Below are positions 12,502 through 25,812 of a stretch of 64,000 nt of DNA, piece after piece; positions within the stretch are counted from its first letter, which is position 1; each line of letters starts with the position of its first letter. The DNA lies in NCBI GenBank assembly GCA_038087875.1, contig CM075979.1, positions 67,890,001-67,954,000 on the forward strand. The letters run 5' to 3'. Source of the stretch: Malacoraja senta. Lineage: Eukaryota. A program made the translations under genes and the position numbers. The notes under the pieces are model-generated. The model was not told the origin of the DNA. It did no database searches and was given only the letters and a program-made list of their open reading frames with translations.

Positions 12502-13119
12502 TTAGTACAAATGTCTGTTCAGCCATTAAATATTATATCTACCTCTTAATTTCCATAACAAGTACTACTGTTTTTTAATTAATTATGTAGTAAATGTGCA
12601 TTGTAACTAGGCCGGAATAAACCTATAATGTATAAGTTGTGTGTGTTTTTAGTTTGTCAACTTGTTTGCTAAATGTGATAATTACTGTTTATTTCTATGC
12701 TCCATTGCCATTGTGCTACCAAAATAAGGGTTAAGTTTATAAATACAAAGTTGATAGTGAACAGATGCACAAGTGCGAAAACATCTAAATTAGGAATTGC
12801 CCCTGTTACCAGCGGCATAACAAATGGCCAAGAACTCTGTACACTAAAGGATGTGAACTCATTTCCCGAGGAGTTTCCTGCACATTGTTGGTCATGTGGA
12901 ATATCTCCGACACATGCATCAAAGTTCTGAAAGACAGGAAAAGACCTGTAGGTCCATCCTGACTGCCCCGCACAAACGTGATGTCTTGTATGTCACAAAG
13001 TACACAACAACACACTTGGAGGCCAGCTATCGTAGGTGGCAGCCGAACTTTTCCTCACGTTAAAGGACACTTTATTGTTCACAGGATAAAGGACATCACT
13101 GACAAGGCGACAAATGTTT

Positions 13120-13760
13120 TGCCGAATACTTGCGCTCAGTCCGCCAAGGCCTACTGGATCTCTCGATTGCCAAACATTTTAACTCCCACACTGACCTTTC
13201 AGTCCTAGACCTCCTCTATTGCCAGAGTGAGGCCACACACAAACTGGAAGAACAACACCTCATATTCCGCTTGGGTAGCTTACAACCCAACGTAATGAAT
13301 ATTGAATGCTCCAATTTTAAGTAATCTCTAACAGCCCGCCCCCTCCCCTTTCTCCCACACACACCCGCCCTCTTTTTTTCTCCCCCCACCCCTGTGCCTC
13401 ACCTGGACTTGTACCTGTTTCTCCATTCCCCTCCATTCCTTCCTCTGGATTCACAATTCACAACTCTTCAATCCTTTTGTTGCACAACTGTGTTTTGTTT
13501 CTCTGGCCTTTGTCCACCTATCTGCCTATTAATAACCCCCTCATCTGTATCCATCTATTGCTTGCTTGCTTTATTCTGTCCCTCCTCTCTTCCAGCTTTC
13601 ATCTCGCCACCCCCCACTATAATCAGTCTGAAAAAGGGTCCTGACCCAAAGCATCACCTATCCATGTTCTCCATGGATGCTGCCTGAGCTGTTGAGTTAC
13701 TCCAGCACTTTGTATCTTTTTTTTGTGTAAACCAGCATTTGCAGTTCCTTGTTTCTACAG
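13120..13760 (+). mobile_element. Penelope-like element 3' fragment (GIY-YIG C-terminus plus pLTR)
   Basis: LRSVRQGLLDLSIAKHFNSHTDLSVL...KLEEQHLIFRLGSLQPNVMNIECSNFK*, followed by a pyrimidine-rich UTR and a degenerate hammerhead near 13628. Confidence 0.88.
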
Positions 13761-13797
13761 ACCACAAATGTTACTGTTTATTCCTAATTTTCCCTTA

Positions 13798-14068
13798 GGG
13801 CGGCACAGTGGTGCAGCGGTAGAGTTGCTGCCTCACGCGCTAGAGTTTGATCCTGACTACAGGTGCTGTCTGTACAGAGTTTGTATGCTCTCCCTGTGAC
13901 CGCGTGGTTTTTTTGGGTGCTCCGGTTTCCTCCCACATTCCAAAGACATGTAGGTTTGTAGGTTAATTGGCTTCTGTAAATTGCCCCTAGTGTGTAGGTT
14001 GAAGCTAGTGTATGGGTGATCGCTGGGCAGAAGGGCCTGTTTCCACGCTTTATCTCTAAATCTAAAAC
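13798..14068 (+). mobile_element. HE1-like V-SINE
   Basis: GGGCGGCACAGTGGTGCAGCGGTAGAG head, V-domain and tail. Confidence 0.9.
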
Positions 14069-14899
14069 ATGAATGGTTAGCTGGGCCATTTCAGGGGTCA
14101 GATAAAACTCCAATGACTTTAGTAAGTGCGGGCCTCTCCAGAGGTAAGCATGTTCCCTTGCCTGAAGGACACTATTGCATTTCAATACTTCCGTGGTCTT
14201 AAATGTCTTTCACCAGCTCTTTATTCTAAATCTATTTAATGACAAATTTAGATTCACCGGGTGCTATTATGGGATTCCAACGCATATTCCAGGGCAATGA
14301 TCTAAGTCTCCATATACTATTTCAGTAACAACCACCATACTCAAATTTATGTAATGCTGCCGGGACAACTGCCCCTTACTGGATTTTGGTGCATTATTAT
14401 CAAGATTAAAGAATGAGATGTAGAATCAGTAATTAGACCACAGGGAGCTGATTTGCCCTTTATGAGAGCAAACCCTTCATTCAGAGTCATTTACTTTAAT
14501 TATTCATCCTTGTACTGCCCTTACACCCTTTATATTTCCTCCCTTTCCGATGGTTCCTCCAAATCCTTTTCAAATGCGGTTCCATTTTATTACCATTCCT
14601 TTTATCAATCAAAAGTATTGAGAGACAAGAGTATTGAGGCAAAAGTAGCTATATGAAGTTCAGTTATAGTTCAGTCTAGACCTCTCCAAATCTTCCCCTG
14701 TTATCAGACTTAAGAACAGTCCTTCCATACACTCCTGATTTTCCATACGACCTCACTGCGAACACTGTATTTTTTTTCTCTGGAATTGTCATGCTACAAG
14801 ATTGAGAAACTATATTCTGCACCTTGTTATTTTTCTCTTTACATTACCTGTTGATCTTGTGTTTGGTTTGATGGTATTCAAGTATGGTATTTTAATTAG

Positions 14900-15200
14900 T
14901 TTGGTCTAATTTAGCGATACAGCGCGAAAACATACCCTTCGGCCCACCACGCCGACCAGCGATCCCCGCACACTAACACTATCCTACACACACATGGGAC
15001 AATTTACAATTTTACCAAGCCAATTAACCTACAAACCTGTATGTCTTTGGAGTGGGGGGAAAACGGAACTCCCAGAGAAAACCCATGCAGTCACAGGGAG
15101 AACAGACAAACTCCGGACAGACAGCACCCATAGTCAGGATTGAACCTGGATGTCTGGCACTGTAAGGCTGCAACTCAACCTCTGCGTCACCGTGCCACCC
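14900..15200 (-). mobile_element. HE1-like V-SINE
   Basis: Full-length match to the other copies. Confidence 0.88.
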
Positions 15201-16485
15201 CCATTATCTGATTTGATTGTGTAGCAGGCAAACAAAAAGCTTTTCACTGCACCTCGGTACACATGACAATAATAAACCTAAACATAAGCCAAATGAGCTC
15301 CAGACATGAGACTACATGACCTCTTCCTGGGGAAATGTTTCTCACTTGTGGTAAAACACTTCCAGTCAAAAAAATATCCTCTTTACGAAAAACATTTTGT
15401 CAGACTTTTTCCACCCAAGACTTGAGATATTTCTGACTCAATTTCTACATCATAACATCTTCCTCCTCCCCAATTAATGACAATAATTTTTCTCTTTTAT
15501 TACTCAGAAAAATAAATCTCTATTCCAGTGCAAAATCTAGATTTAGGAACAATTTCTTCCAAGCTGTTATCAGGCAACTGAACCATCTTCTCACCAGCTG
15601 TAGAGCGGTCCTGACCTTCCATTTACCTCATTGAAGACCCTTTGAACTATCTTTAACCAGACCTTATCTTGAGATAAATAATATACAATTTATCCTGTAT
15701 CTGTACACTGTGGATGGGTTGATTGTAATTATGTATAGTCTTTCCTTTGACTGGAGGATAACATGCAACAGAAAAGCTTTTCAATGTACCTCGCAACACG
15801 TGACAATAATAAACAAAAATAAAAAAATAAACTAAGCTAAAATGCTAAATTTTCCATAATTTCCAGCTTTAACCTTTCATTACTAATGTTACTATTGTGG
15901 TTTTCTACTGTGCATTGTTCCCATTCCTTCTATGCAAAGATGCTGCCTGTCCCGCTGAGTTACTCCAGCATTTTGTGTCTATGTTCCCAAGATAGAGTTC
16001 TGTGGTGTATATATTAAATGTGGTTAACCAATATTTTGTCCCGATCAGACATCACCAGGCAGTTTTCGGTTTGCATGTTACTGTTACATTATGGTCTGAT
16101 CTAAAGGAGGAAAAAAAAGCTTCCTTTGAAAAATAGAAAACCTGCTGTGTGTTTTCAGCAGGTCAAACAATATCTGTGCTGAGAGAAGAAAATAAGAGTT
16201 AGCATTTTGGTTTGATCACCATTATTCAAAACCCCTTTCTTTCTGTGATTGTTATAAATTGTTACAAATAATACACAAAAAAACAAAACAAATGATGCTG
16301 GAAACCTGAACTAATCAGTAAATGCAGGGAATACTCCCCTGACCAGGCAACTTCTGCAGAGACGTAAACCAAAACACAGGTAATGATTCAGGTCAATAAT
16401 CATCAGAAAAGTCATCACCTTGAAATATAAACTCCATTCCTTTCCTCACAGGATAAATGACAACGCTGCTTTTAAACAAACCATC

Positions 16486-16803
16486 GGCAGCACAGTGGTG
16501 CAGCTGGTAGAACTGCTGCCTTACAGCGCCAGAAACCTGGGTTCGGTCCTGACATCGAGTGGTGTCTGCGAGTGGAGTTTGTACGTTCTCCGTGCGACCA
16601 CATGGGTTTCCTCCGGGTGCTCCGGTTTCCTCCCGTATTCCAAGGACGTGCAGGTTTGTGGGTTGGTTGGCTTCTGTAAAATTGACCCCTTGTGCGTAGG
16701 GAGTGGTGGGAAAATGGGATAACATAGAACTAGTTTGAACAGGTGATCGATGATCGGCATGGGCCCGGTGGGCTGAAGGGCCTGTTTCCATGCTGTATCT
16801 CTG
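16486..16803 (+). mobile_element. HE1-like V-SINE
   Basis: Full-length match to the other copies. Confidence 0.88.
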
Positions 16804-16824
16804 ATCTGTGCAACCTGCAGGTCT

Positions 16825-16966
16825 GATCGTCAGACGGAGAGTCTAAATCACGACCCAAAATGTCATCCATACTTTTTCTCCAGGGGAGCTGCCTGTCCCA
16901 CTGAGTTACTCCACCACTTTGTGTCTATCTTCAGTATATACCAGCATCTGCAGTTCTTTTTCGACA
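16825..16966 (+). mobile_element. Penelope-like pLTR fragment
   Basis: 14-bp TSD CAACCTGCAGGTCT (16811-16824 and 16967-16980). Confidence 0.8.
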
Positions 16967-17374
16967 CAACCTGCAGGTCTTGTGCCTAAGATCTGCAATC
17001 TCTCCGTTATGGTATCATTTAAAACTAGCCTCCTTCATCAAACTTCCCTAATGTCTACAGATTTGTGGGTATTTTTGTGTGTTTTCGTGACCGTGAAGTG
17101 CCCTGCGGCATTTTGTCTTGTTTAAGGCACGAGGTAAAGTACAAATTGTTTTGGTATTGCTCCTTTAGGTACGTTCCTGACTGTGTATTCCCACACTCCA
17201 GAACGCCCATAAACCTCCCTGCATTCAGCTCCTGCATAATGCAAGATACAGGTCAAGAGTGTTTTATTATCGTGTGTCCCAAACAGAACAATAAAATTCT
17301 GACTTGCAGCAGCACAACAGAACATGTCAGCAAAGTACTCTGTGAACAATATAATAAACTGGGAAAAAAAGGTT

Positions 17375-17610
17375 ATGTGTGTGTGTGTATATGCACACAC
17401 ACACACACACATATATATATATACACACACAAATATATCTATATACACATATATAAACACATACACACACATACATATAGAACCTTTTTTGTGTGTGTGT
17501 CTATACATGTGAAATATCTGGAATATATGTCCATTAATGTGTCTATAGATAGACACACACACACACATATATATATACATATGTGTGTGTAGACATACAC
17601 ACACACCCAT
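17375..17610. repeat. Compound (TG)n/(CA)n/(TA)n microsatellite
   Basis: Read directly from the sequence. Confidence 0.95.
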
Positions 17611-18414
17611 TCAATAAAAAAAAAGATAATAGTGCAAAAATACAAAACCAAATTCAAGTCTACTGTATGTTGTTTCTGAGCTTATTTGGAGGTTGTATTG
17701 TTCGATAACCTGATAGTTGTAGGGAAGAAGCTGCTCCTGTAGCTGCACGTACAGTTTTCAGGCTCCTATATCTTTTTCCCGGTGGCAGGCATAATTTACC
17801 AGTTTTCTAGGATCATGGGTTGTTCACTGATCTTTCATTGCTGGGCTTGGATTTTAATCCAAAGTGGAATCGTGAAGTAAAAATTCCCTTTTGTCCTTTG
17901 GCTGCAAGGAATTTGTGAATGATACTTGACGAGATTAAATGGCAGCTACTGCAAACCCATGCCATTGCAATTTCCATCCCATACAAAGGATGGCTGTGGA
18001 GGTACGAGAGAGGAGTGAAATTGCTACACTGCAGCAGTGGAGGATCATTTGTAATGCTGCTGATTTATGTTTGTAGTAGACTATAAAGAGGCTTTCCCGC
18101 AAAGGCCCTGAAGCTGAATCTGAAGCGCTGAACCACTATTTGTCTAAAATATTGACTACAATATTGTCTTCAAAAACAGAAACGACAGCCATGATCAAAT
18201 GGCGAATCAGATTCAATGGAGTGAATGGTCTAATTCTGCTCCTGTGTCTTACCATTTATATTTCAGCACCATAATTCTGCATCATTATTTAAAATTACAC
18301 CAAATTATACATTAAACGAATATTATTTTTCATGTGCAGTACAGATATTTTATTGTTGCCAATTTCTGCAAGATCTCATCAATAGCAAAAATACGATTAC
18401 AATATTATTATATA

Positions 18415-19638
18415 CTAGACTAAGTGGGACACGTTGGGTCCCAGCTTCACACGGGAGGGCTGGTCCCCCAACGCAATATTCCACNNNNNNNNNNNNNNNN
18501 NNNNNNNNNNNNNNNNNNNNNNNNNNNNNNNNNNNNNNNNNNNNNNNNNNNNNNNNNNNNNNNNNNNNNNNNNNNNNNNNNNNNNNNNNNNNNNNNNNNN
18601 NNNNNNNNNNNNNNNNNNNNNNNNNNNNNNNNNNNNNNNNNNNNNNNNNNNNNNNNNNNNNNNNNNNNTCACACACCATATATATGACAGTAATCTTTCT
18701 TGAATCTACACACACGGCTGAGCGCGGCCTCTTCACTGTGGGGCTTCCGCAGTCAGCGGCACTTCCGCAATCAGCGTGACCACTGCACTTACTGGAAATT
18801 CCGCGATCAGCGCGACCTCTGCACTCACCGGAAATCACGCAATCAGCGCGACCTGTCCACTAAGCGGAAGTCACGAAATGAGCGGGTCTTTTGGACTAAA
18901 CACAGTCGGACCTAATAAAGCATTTATTCCTTCCAAACACAGTCGGACCTAATAAAGCATTTATTCCTTCCAAACACAGTCGGACTTAATAAAGCATTTA
19001 TTCCTTCCAAACAGTCGGACCTAATAAAGCATTTATACCTTCCAAACACAGTCGGACCTAATAAAGCATTTATTCCTTCCAAACACAGTCGGACCTAATA
19101 AAGCATTGCAGTTTCAAGCACAGGCAGGGCAGCAGGCCAAACAACTAATGGCATTGTCATTTCATTTCCAACTAAGTATTGCACTTTCAAGCACAGGCAG
19201 GGCAGCAGGCCAAACAATTCATGGCATTGTCATTAAGGGCTAACAAATCATTTATTGCAAGTACATTGCAGACTCACAGTTCAGTTGATTCACAGCTTAG
19301 AATGACTGTCGTGGCCTCTCCCTCGCAATCTTGCAGAGTGACTGACACGTCCAGGCATCCAGAGTTTTATAGTCCTGCCCCCCCCCCCCCCCAGAAGGAG
19401 CGTTACCTTCATCGCGGTGATTGACAGGCGAGAGGACCAATCAGCTGATCTCAAGGGTTTTTTAAACACATAACTTTTTTATTTTTCATCGATGGGAAAA
19501 ATCCTCGGGGCTGGCTCAGCGAAGGAGGACTGTGAGTAAGATGGCCAAAAATCACAGCGATACAGGGTATCATTTTTTCTAATATCAATATACAGCGCAG
19601 ACAGGAAGTGGTCAAGATGAGACTTTTAATTATATAGA
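18415..19638 (-). mobile_element. Non-autonomous Helitron (contains N gap 18485-18668)
   Basis: The minus strand begins A|TCTATATAATTAAAAG and ends GGGACCCAACGTGTCCC hairpin-ACTTAGT-CTAG|T. These are canonical TC...hairpin...CTAG termini, inserted between A and T with no TSD. Confidence 0.82.
18898..19107. repeat. 37-bp minisatellite (about 5.7 copies) inside the Helitron
   Basis: Unit AAACACAGTCGGACCTAATAAAGCATTTATTCCTTCC. Confidence 0.97.
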
Positions 19639-19662
19639 TTACTATAGCAAATAGCAGAGAGT

Positions 19663-20125
19663 TGTGGTCGCAGACCAGACCATCACAGAAACCAACCTCC
19701 CTTCCATTGACTCCATCTACACTTCATGCTTCCTCGTCAAGGCCACCAGCATAATCAAGAACCAGTCTCACCCTGGTCACTCCCTCTTCTCTCTGCTCCC
19801 ATCAGGCAAGAAGTACAGAAGTGTGAATACGCACACCTCCATATTCAGAGATAGTGTCTTCCCAGCTGTTATCAGCTGATGAACCATCTTACCAACAACC
19901 AGAGAGCGGTCCAGAGCTAGTATCTAATGTATTGAAGAGTCTCGGACTCTTTCATCAGACTTTATTGGACCATATCTTGCACTAAACGTTATTCTCTTTA
20001 TCGCATATCTGTACACTGTGGATGGCTCGATTGTAATCATGTATTGTCTTTCCATTGACTGGTTAGCACGCAACAAAAGCTTTTCACTGTACCTCGGTAC
20101 ACGTGACAATGCAATAAAGTAAACT
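19663..20125 (+). mobile_element. Rex1/Babar-like LINE 3' fragment
   Basis: LPSIDSIYTSCFLVKATSIIKNQSHPGHSLFSLLPSGKKYRS plus a 3' UTR shared with other copies. Confidence 0.8.
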
Positions 20126-20244
20126 AGGCTACAGTTAATTTAAGAGAGAGGCACAGAAGGAATTGCAGATGCTGGAATCTTGAGCAAAACACAAAAGTGC
20201 TGGAGTAACTCAGCAGGTCAGGCAGCATCATGGAGAAAATGGAT

Positions 20245-20279
20245 AGGTGACGTTTCAGGTCGCGACCCTTCTTCAGACT
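20245..20279 (-). ncRNA. Minimal type I hammerhead ribozyme motif in a PLE pLTR
   Basis: Minus strand reads AGT-CTGAAGA-A-GGGTCGCGACCT-GAAAC-GTC-ACC. Confidence 0.6.
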
Positions 20280-22689
20280 ATTAATTGAATCCACGTTGCT
20301 GTGGGCTGAATATTGGCCAAAGCACCTGGAGAATCCACTGGTTTATTATTTTTGTGTTCACTTGATTACAGGAGCGTGACTCAGAGTGTCTCTGATCATT
20401 ATGTTTGAAGTCCTACACCAATATGTCGACTTAGATTACTTTGCCAAGTTGTGTGGGAGAAATGCAAACTGAGCCTAGCTGACACAACTGTGACCGTATT
20501 ATTTCACTCAGTAGAGATGTTGAAGAGTCAAGTGCGGTTAATTGTCATATGTATCGAAACGGAACAATAAATTTCTTACTTGCAGCAGCACAATGATCCT
20601 ATAAACCTAGTACACAATAATACATAATTCTCAATGATGGACGTAAGTTTCAAATCCCACAGGTTTGTGGCATTTTGTATGCAAGAAACTGCAGGTGCTG
20701 GAAGTAAAAGCAAAGTTTTTATATTTTTTTAGTTTAGAGATACAGTTGGGAACAGACCCTTCAGCCCACCGAGTCCACGCATACACTAGTTTTATGTTTC
20801 CCAGTTTTGCGTCCTACACACAAGGGGCAATTTACAGAAGCCAATTAACCCACAAACCTGCCGTCTTTGGGATGTGGGAGGAAACCGGAGCAGCCGGAGA
20901 AAACTCACTCGGTCACAGGGAGAACGTACAAACTCTGTGCAGGCAGCACCAGTAGTCAGGATCGAACCCGGTCTCTGCCGCTGTAAGGCAGCAACTCAAC
21001 CACTTTTTCCTTATTTCTTCTGTTTCAATTTCAACTTTCTATTTTCAATTAATTTCAACTGCTTGGTATAGTTCTGTTGTGGAATTAGGGTCATTTCAAT
21101 GGTAGAACATTGTAATGTTCTCCCTACTAATTGCTGTTGTTGCTCTGCAAGAATAATATTTAGTCGACTGTTTATTTCTCTGAAAACATAAGTGAAAATT
21201 AACCCTATTGTTAAATGTTAGCCCTATTTTTTGCAGCACAAAAAATCAAATGTTCTAATAGTCACACTATTTGGTCTCCATTGCACCAAGCTCAAGAGAG
21301 ACTACAAAGGAAGGAAATCGGATCTTTGCAAACATTTAATTATTAAAATACAAATTGAGGAAATCAGATTATAGAATTTCAAAATTATATCTGGAGATAG
21401 ATACAGGCCAAAATATCAAAAAAATATTTCCCTACTCTTTGAGAACTCTGGATTCTTCGTTCTCCAACCTCTTCCATATCTTTCATCCTCCTCTGGGTGA
21501 TCATTCCATCATCTGCCTTCCCAAACAATTCCAGTCTTGAACCACTCTACCTCTCTCTCGTGAAGTGAACGCTAAAAGTCAACTTGAGTCCTTGGTCACC
21601 TGTTCGTTTTCTCCAGAGATGCTGCCTGACCCGCTGAGTTAGTCCGGCTTTTCGCGTTCCATCTTCAGTTTTGTTTGGTAGACAACAGAGGCTGGAATCT
21701 TGAGCAAAAGAGAAGACTTGGTGGGTCAGGCAGCATCTGTGGAGGGAAAAGACATAGGGTAGGAGCCCAAGCTCTAGGGAGAGGTTAACCAGGCTAGGAC
21801 TTTATTCCTTGGAGCACAGGAGGATGACGGGTGATCTTACAGAAGTGTATAAAATCAGGAGGGGAATTGATAGGGTTAATGCACAGTCTTTTACCCAAGG
21901 TAGGGGAATTAAGAACCAGCGGACATACGTTTAAGGTGATAGGGGAAAGGTATCAGAGGAACTCGTTGGGCAACTTTTTCACTCAGGGTGAGTATATGGA
22001 ACGAGCTACCTGAAGAGGCAGTTGAGGCAGGCACAATAACAACATCTAAAAGACACTTGGACAGGTACACGGATAGGAACGGTATAGTGGGATATGAGGC
22101 AATTGCGGGCAAATGGGACGAGCTTAGATGGGGCATCTAATTCTGAAGAAGGGTTCCAACCTGAAACGCCACCTATCCAAGTTCTCCAGGGTTGTGCCTA
22201 ACCCGCTGAGTTACTCCAGCACGTTGTGTCTTTTTTAAAAACAGAAAAACTTAATTATATTAGGAAAAAAAGCAAAGACCTGTACGCTGGTGGCTGTTCA
22301 GTGCCAATGTTTGAACTGAAATTACTAAGCCACATTGTACTCGAAATGTTATCAACTTGGATTTTATACATTCTGGGTTTTCTGCAGGGAAGCGTTAATG
22401 ATTCCAAAACCTAAATGTGTGACTGTGAACAGCAATTGTACTTCCCTAATGAGGAAACTGACTTAAGAAAATGATTAAATTTCAGCTGCTGCCTCACAGA
22501 TCCAGAGACCCGGTTTTGATCCTGACCTCAGGTGCTGCCTGCATGGAGTTTGCACATTCTGCCTGGGTTTCTCCAGTTTACTGCCACATCCTGAAGGTTG
22601 GGAGGTTAACTGGCTGCTGTTAATGTACCCTAATGAGGTGAGTGGAGACAGTGATGGAAATATGAAGACATTTAAAATTAAATGGATTT

Positions 22690-23030
22690 GCAGGAAACAT
22701 GTTCCCGATGTTGGGGGAGTCCAGAACCAAGGTCCACAATTTAAGAATAAGTGGTGAGCCATTTAGAACGGAGATGAGGAAAACCCTTTTTTTTACACAG
22801 AGAGTTGTGAGTCTGTGGAATTCTCTGCCTCAGAGGGCGGTGGAGGCTGGTTCGCTGGATGCTTTCAAGAGAGAGCTAGATAGGGCTCTTAAAGATAGTG
22901 GAGTCAAGGGATATGGGGGGAAGGCAGGAACGGGGTACTGATTATGGATGATCAGCCATGATCACATTGAATGGCGGTGCTGGCTCAAGGGGCCGAATGG
23001 CCTACTCCTGCACCCATTGTCTATTGTCGA
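22690..23030 (+). mobile_element. CR1 LINE 3' fragment
   Basis: MFPMLGESRTKVHNLRISGEPFRTEMRK..FFTQRVVSLWNSLPQRAVEAGSLDAFKRELD. Confidence 0.9.
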
Positions 23031-23324
23031 GAGATTGATGCGTTGTTTGTGTAAGTGGTGAGTTGATGGTTAGTATGGACTTGGTAGGTTGAAATGCCTG
23101 TTTCCGTGCCGTACTGTAACTCTCTTTTGAACACTTCGAACTACCAACTGCCTTGATTGTACCAGGGACTTAGGGCTTTGTTTTATTTTAATTTGCACAA
23201 ATTGTTTTTTTTATTTATGGAACTCTTTGATTAAAGTCAGTTTGTTATATTATCTATCGAGTACAGCGCTTACAATCATGTTGTGCTGCTGCAAGTAACA
23301 ATTTCATTGTTCCATTTGGGTACA

Positions 23325-23637
23325 TTTAGTTTATTTAAGTTTAGTTTAGTTTAAAGATACAGTGCGGAAACAGGCCCTTCGGCCCGAGTCTGCGCCGACC
23401 AGTGATCCCCAGCACTATCCTACGCACTGGGGACAATTTACAATTTTTACCGAAGCCAATTAACCTCCAAACCTGCATGTCTTTGGTGTGTGGGAGGAAA
23501 CCGGAGCACCCGGAGAAAACCCACGCGGTCACAAGGAGCCCGTACAAACTCTGTACAGACAGAACTGTAGTCAGGATTGAACCTGGGTCTCTGGCACTGT
23601 AAGGCAGCAACTCCACCACTGTGCCTACCGTGCGCCA
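23325..23637 (-). mobile_element. HE1-like V-SINE
   Basis: Full-length match to the other copies. Confidence 0.88.
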
Positions 23638-25019
23638 CTTATGACAATAAAACACTCTCTGAATCTGTAGAAATAAGGAACTGCAGATGCTGGTTTATAC
23701 CAAAGAGAGGCACAAAGTGCCGGCCAGGCAGCATCTCTGGAGAAAAAGGATGGGTGACGATTTGGGTTGGAACCCTTCTTCGGACTCTATATGTCTGTTA
23801 TACTCTGGACAATATGACCTTGGCACAAATTAAATTTGGACTGTTCCAGGAAAAAAATGTTATCTTTGAGATGCAAGATCAAAAGGGAAAAATATGATTG
23901 TAATCCTTAATTGATATAAATGTGATGATGAGCTGGGTTTAATAATGCACAATGATTCAGCGTTGTTGGGTGATGTTTGCTGCACATTGAGTCGCTCCAT
24001 GTCTATAGCAAGCCCATAATGGCCACTGCAACCCGAGACCAGAGCTCCATGTGGCTCGGCGTATCCCCCCCCCCCCCCCCATCCCCCATCCCATCCCTCC
24101 CTCTCCCTTGCAGTTCCGACAAGTTTCCACAAATTGAGACAGCCACGTAACTGTATAAAGGACCACCGCAGCTGTAACGTTTTGCCCCTAAAAATTGACA
24201 TTTAATTCTTTTTCTTGCTCTTCAAAATTTCAACACTGCAACAATAACGTGGGAGATGCAACAATAGTGCAGATACTGGGGAGAAAAAAGATACAAACAT
24301 TCAGGTTTTACGTGTGAACTCGCTCGCCTGTTCAAAGAAAACATGCAGCTGGAAGGGATTTTTTAAATACAATAGCGTGGTATTTATTTCCTCTGTGCGC
24401 ACCACATCGTAAGCTTGTTTCTATGGCATTTCCGCAAACAAAGCGCCTTGGCCGAAACAATGTTCCAAACGCCTCCCACAACCCTTGGAAACAATTAATT
24501 TCATTTGGGAATGCAAGACAGCAAGGGCGTAGAAAAACCGTGGCAAGAATATAACTGAAACCTAATGCTTGTGGGGGGTTGTAACCGCGGCTCAGGTCAA
24601 AGCTGTCGCGGCTGAAGCCAGAAAACGGATGCTTTTAAAAACATACCCCCCAATTAGATGTCCTTAACTCCTTGCCTGAAACATCTCTGGACAAAGAAAC
24701 TAACTGGTGGAAAAAAAGGCGAAAGGAAAAAAAACTCGTCAATGAACATGAGAAATCCAAACAATGCAAACACCACCGAATAATAATCAACGATTCACTA
24801 AAACTGCTTAATGTGCACACTAAATGTCAACTTGTCCATTTTACTTTGGCATTTTCTACATGTTTTAAAGTTGCACTTAAAGTAAGTGGTTGCAAAATGC
24901 ATCTGCATTAGCCAGACACACACATTGCAGATGTTTCAGCAATCCCCAGGAGAATAAAAAGTTGTTGGAGCCTCAGATCCTGTTGCATTTCGCTCTCCTT
25001 TTGTCTCATTTTATTGAAG

Positions 25020-25330
25020 CTCGCCTCTATTTTCTGCCCCTGGCGAGCCCGAGCTGGCTGCACCGAGGCCCCGCCCACCTCCTCCCCGACGTCGCCCTCC
25101 GGCATTCTATTTTCGAACGTTGCCCGGGCAATGGAACGCGTGGTTGGCCGCCGCGGACGTCAATCACGCCCGGAGGGGCGGGGGCGGGGCGGGAGCAGGA
25201 TGCAGACTTCCGCCATCGCGTTGGGGTGAGTCAGTTGCCTGCCTTTGGAGCTGGCGAGAGTCGCGAACTCGGTAGCGACAAACTTTTGGGCTGCTAAATG
25301 CAACGCAGAGCAACTGCGCCGCTGCAATAA
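25020..25330 (+). promoter_or_regulatory. CpG-island-like promoter of srgap1
   Basis: High CpG density in non-repetitive DNA, tandem GC boxes GGGGCGGGGGCGGGGCGGG (25175-25193), GACGTCA, and ACTTCCGCCAT (ETS/YY1-like). Lies about 0.5-0.8 kb upstream of the ATG. Confidence 0.75.
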
Positions 25331-25812
25331 ATCGTTTGCATTTCAATATTTGCAAAAGCCCCGATTAATTGGGAAGGTTTATTTTGCGCAGACTTCACCC
25401 CCTTGAGAAACAAATCAAATAGTAAAAAAAAGTAAGCGCTGCAGGATCATGTGAAGCGAGGTTTAAAGGGCTGAGAGAGAGAGATACTGGTCTGTCACCG
25501 CGGATACATTGTCACCAGCGGCTACATTGCAGAGTTTCCAGCCGATGGAAACGAAACCTTGCTGATTTTTCTGCCAAAATCCGAACAATGCTGTGCAAAC
25601 TTCTCCAGTGTTCTTGCAACCTGGGGATGGATTGGTGTTGATCGCCGGGTGTTGCCTACCTACCTACCTGTCTTCTCTCCCCCTTGGGTGACGGATCCGA
25701 ATCGGTTTCAACCAGAAAACTGCATGCCAACATCTCCTGGACGCTAATAAAAAGGACGGCGGAGCAAAAGGGGGGGTTTAAAAAGGGATTAAAGAAAAGA
25801 CTAGGGGAAAAA

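Noticed and set aside
13798-13870. tRNA gene-like A/B boxes (here and in other copies)
   Set aside because: These are SINE heads that continue into the V-domain.
17065-17657. Overlapping ORFs rich in H/T/Y/I/C/V
   Set aside because: Translated microsatellite.
18700-18915. ORF with a 12-aa repeat (RNQRD...)
   Set aside because: By-product of a 36-bp DNA repeat; no ATG context or homology recognised.
18898-19107. CRISPR-like 37-bp repeats
   Set aside because: Head-to-tail with no spacers; a minisatellite in a eukaryotic Helitron.
24908-25297. ORFs over the promoter on both strands
   Set aside because: GC-rich stop-poor sequence with no recognisable protein or splice structure.
25684-25812. 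43-codon in-frame N-terminal extension of SRGAP1
   Set aside because: Starts at TTG, is A/G-biased, and I recall no homologous extension; the ATG at 25813 matches the known N-terminus.
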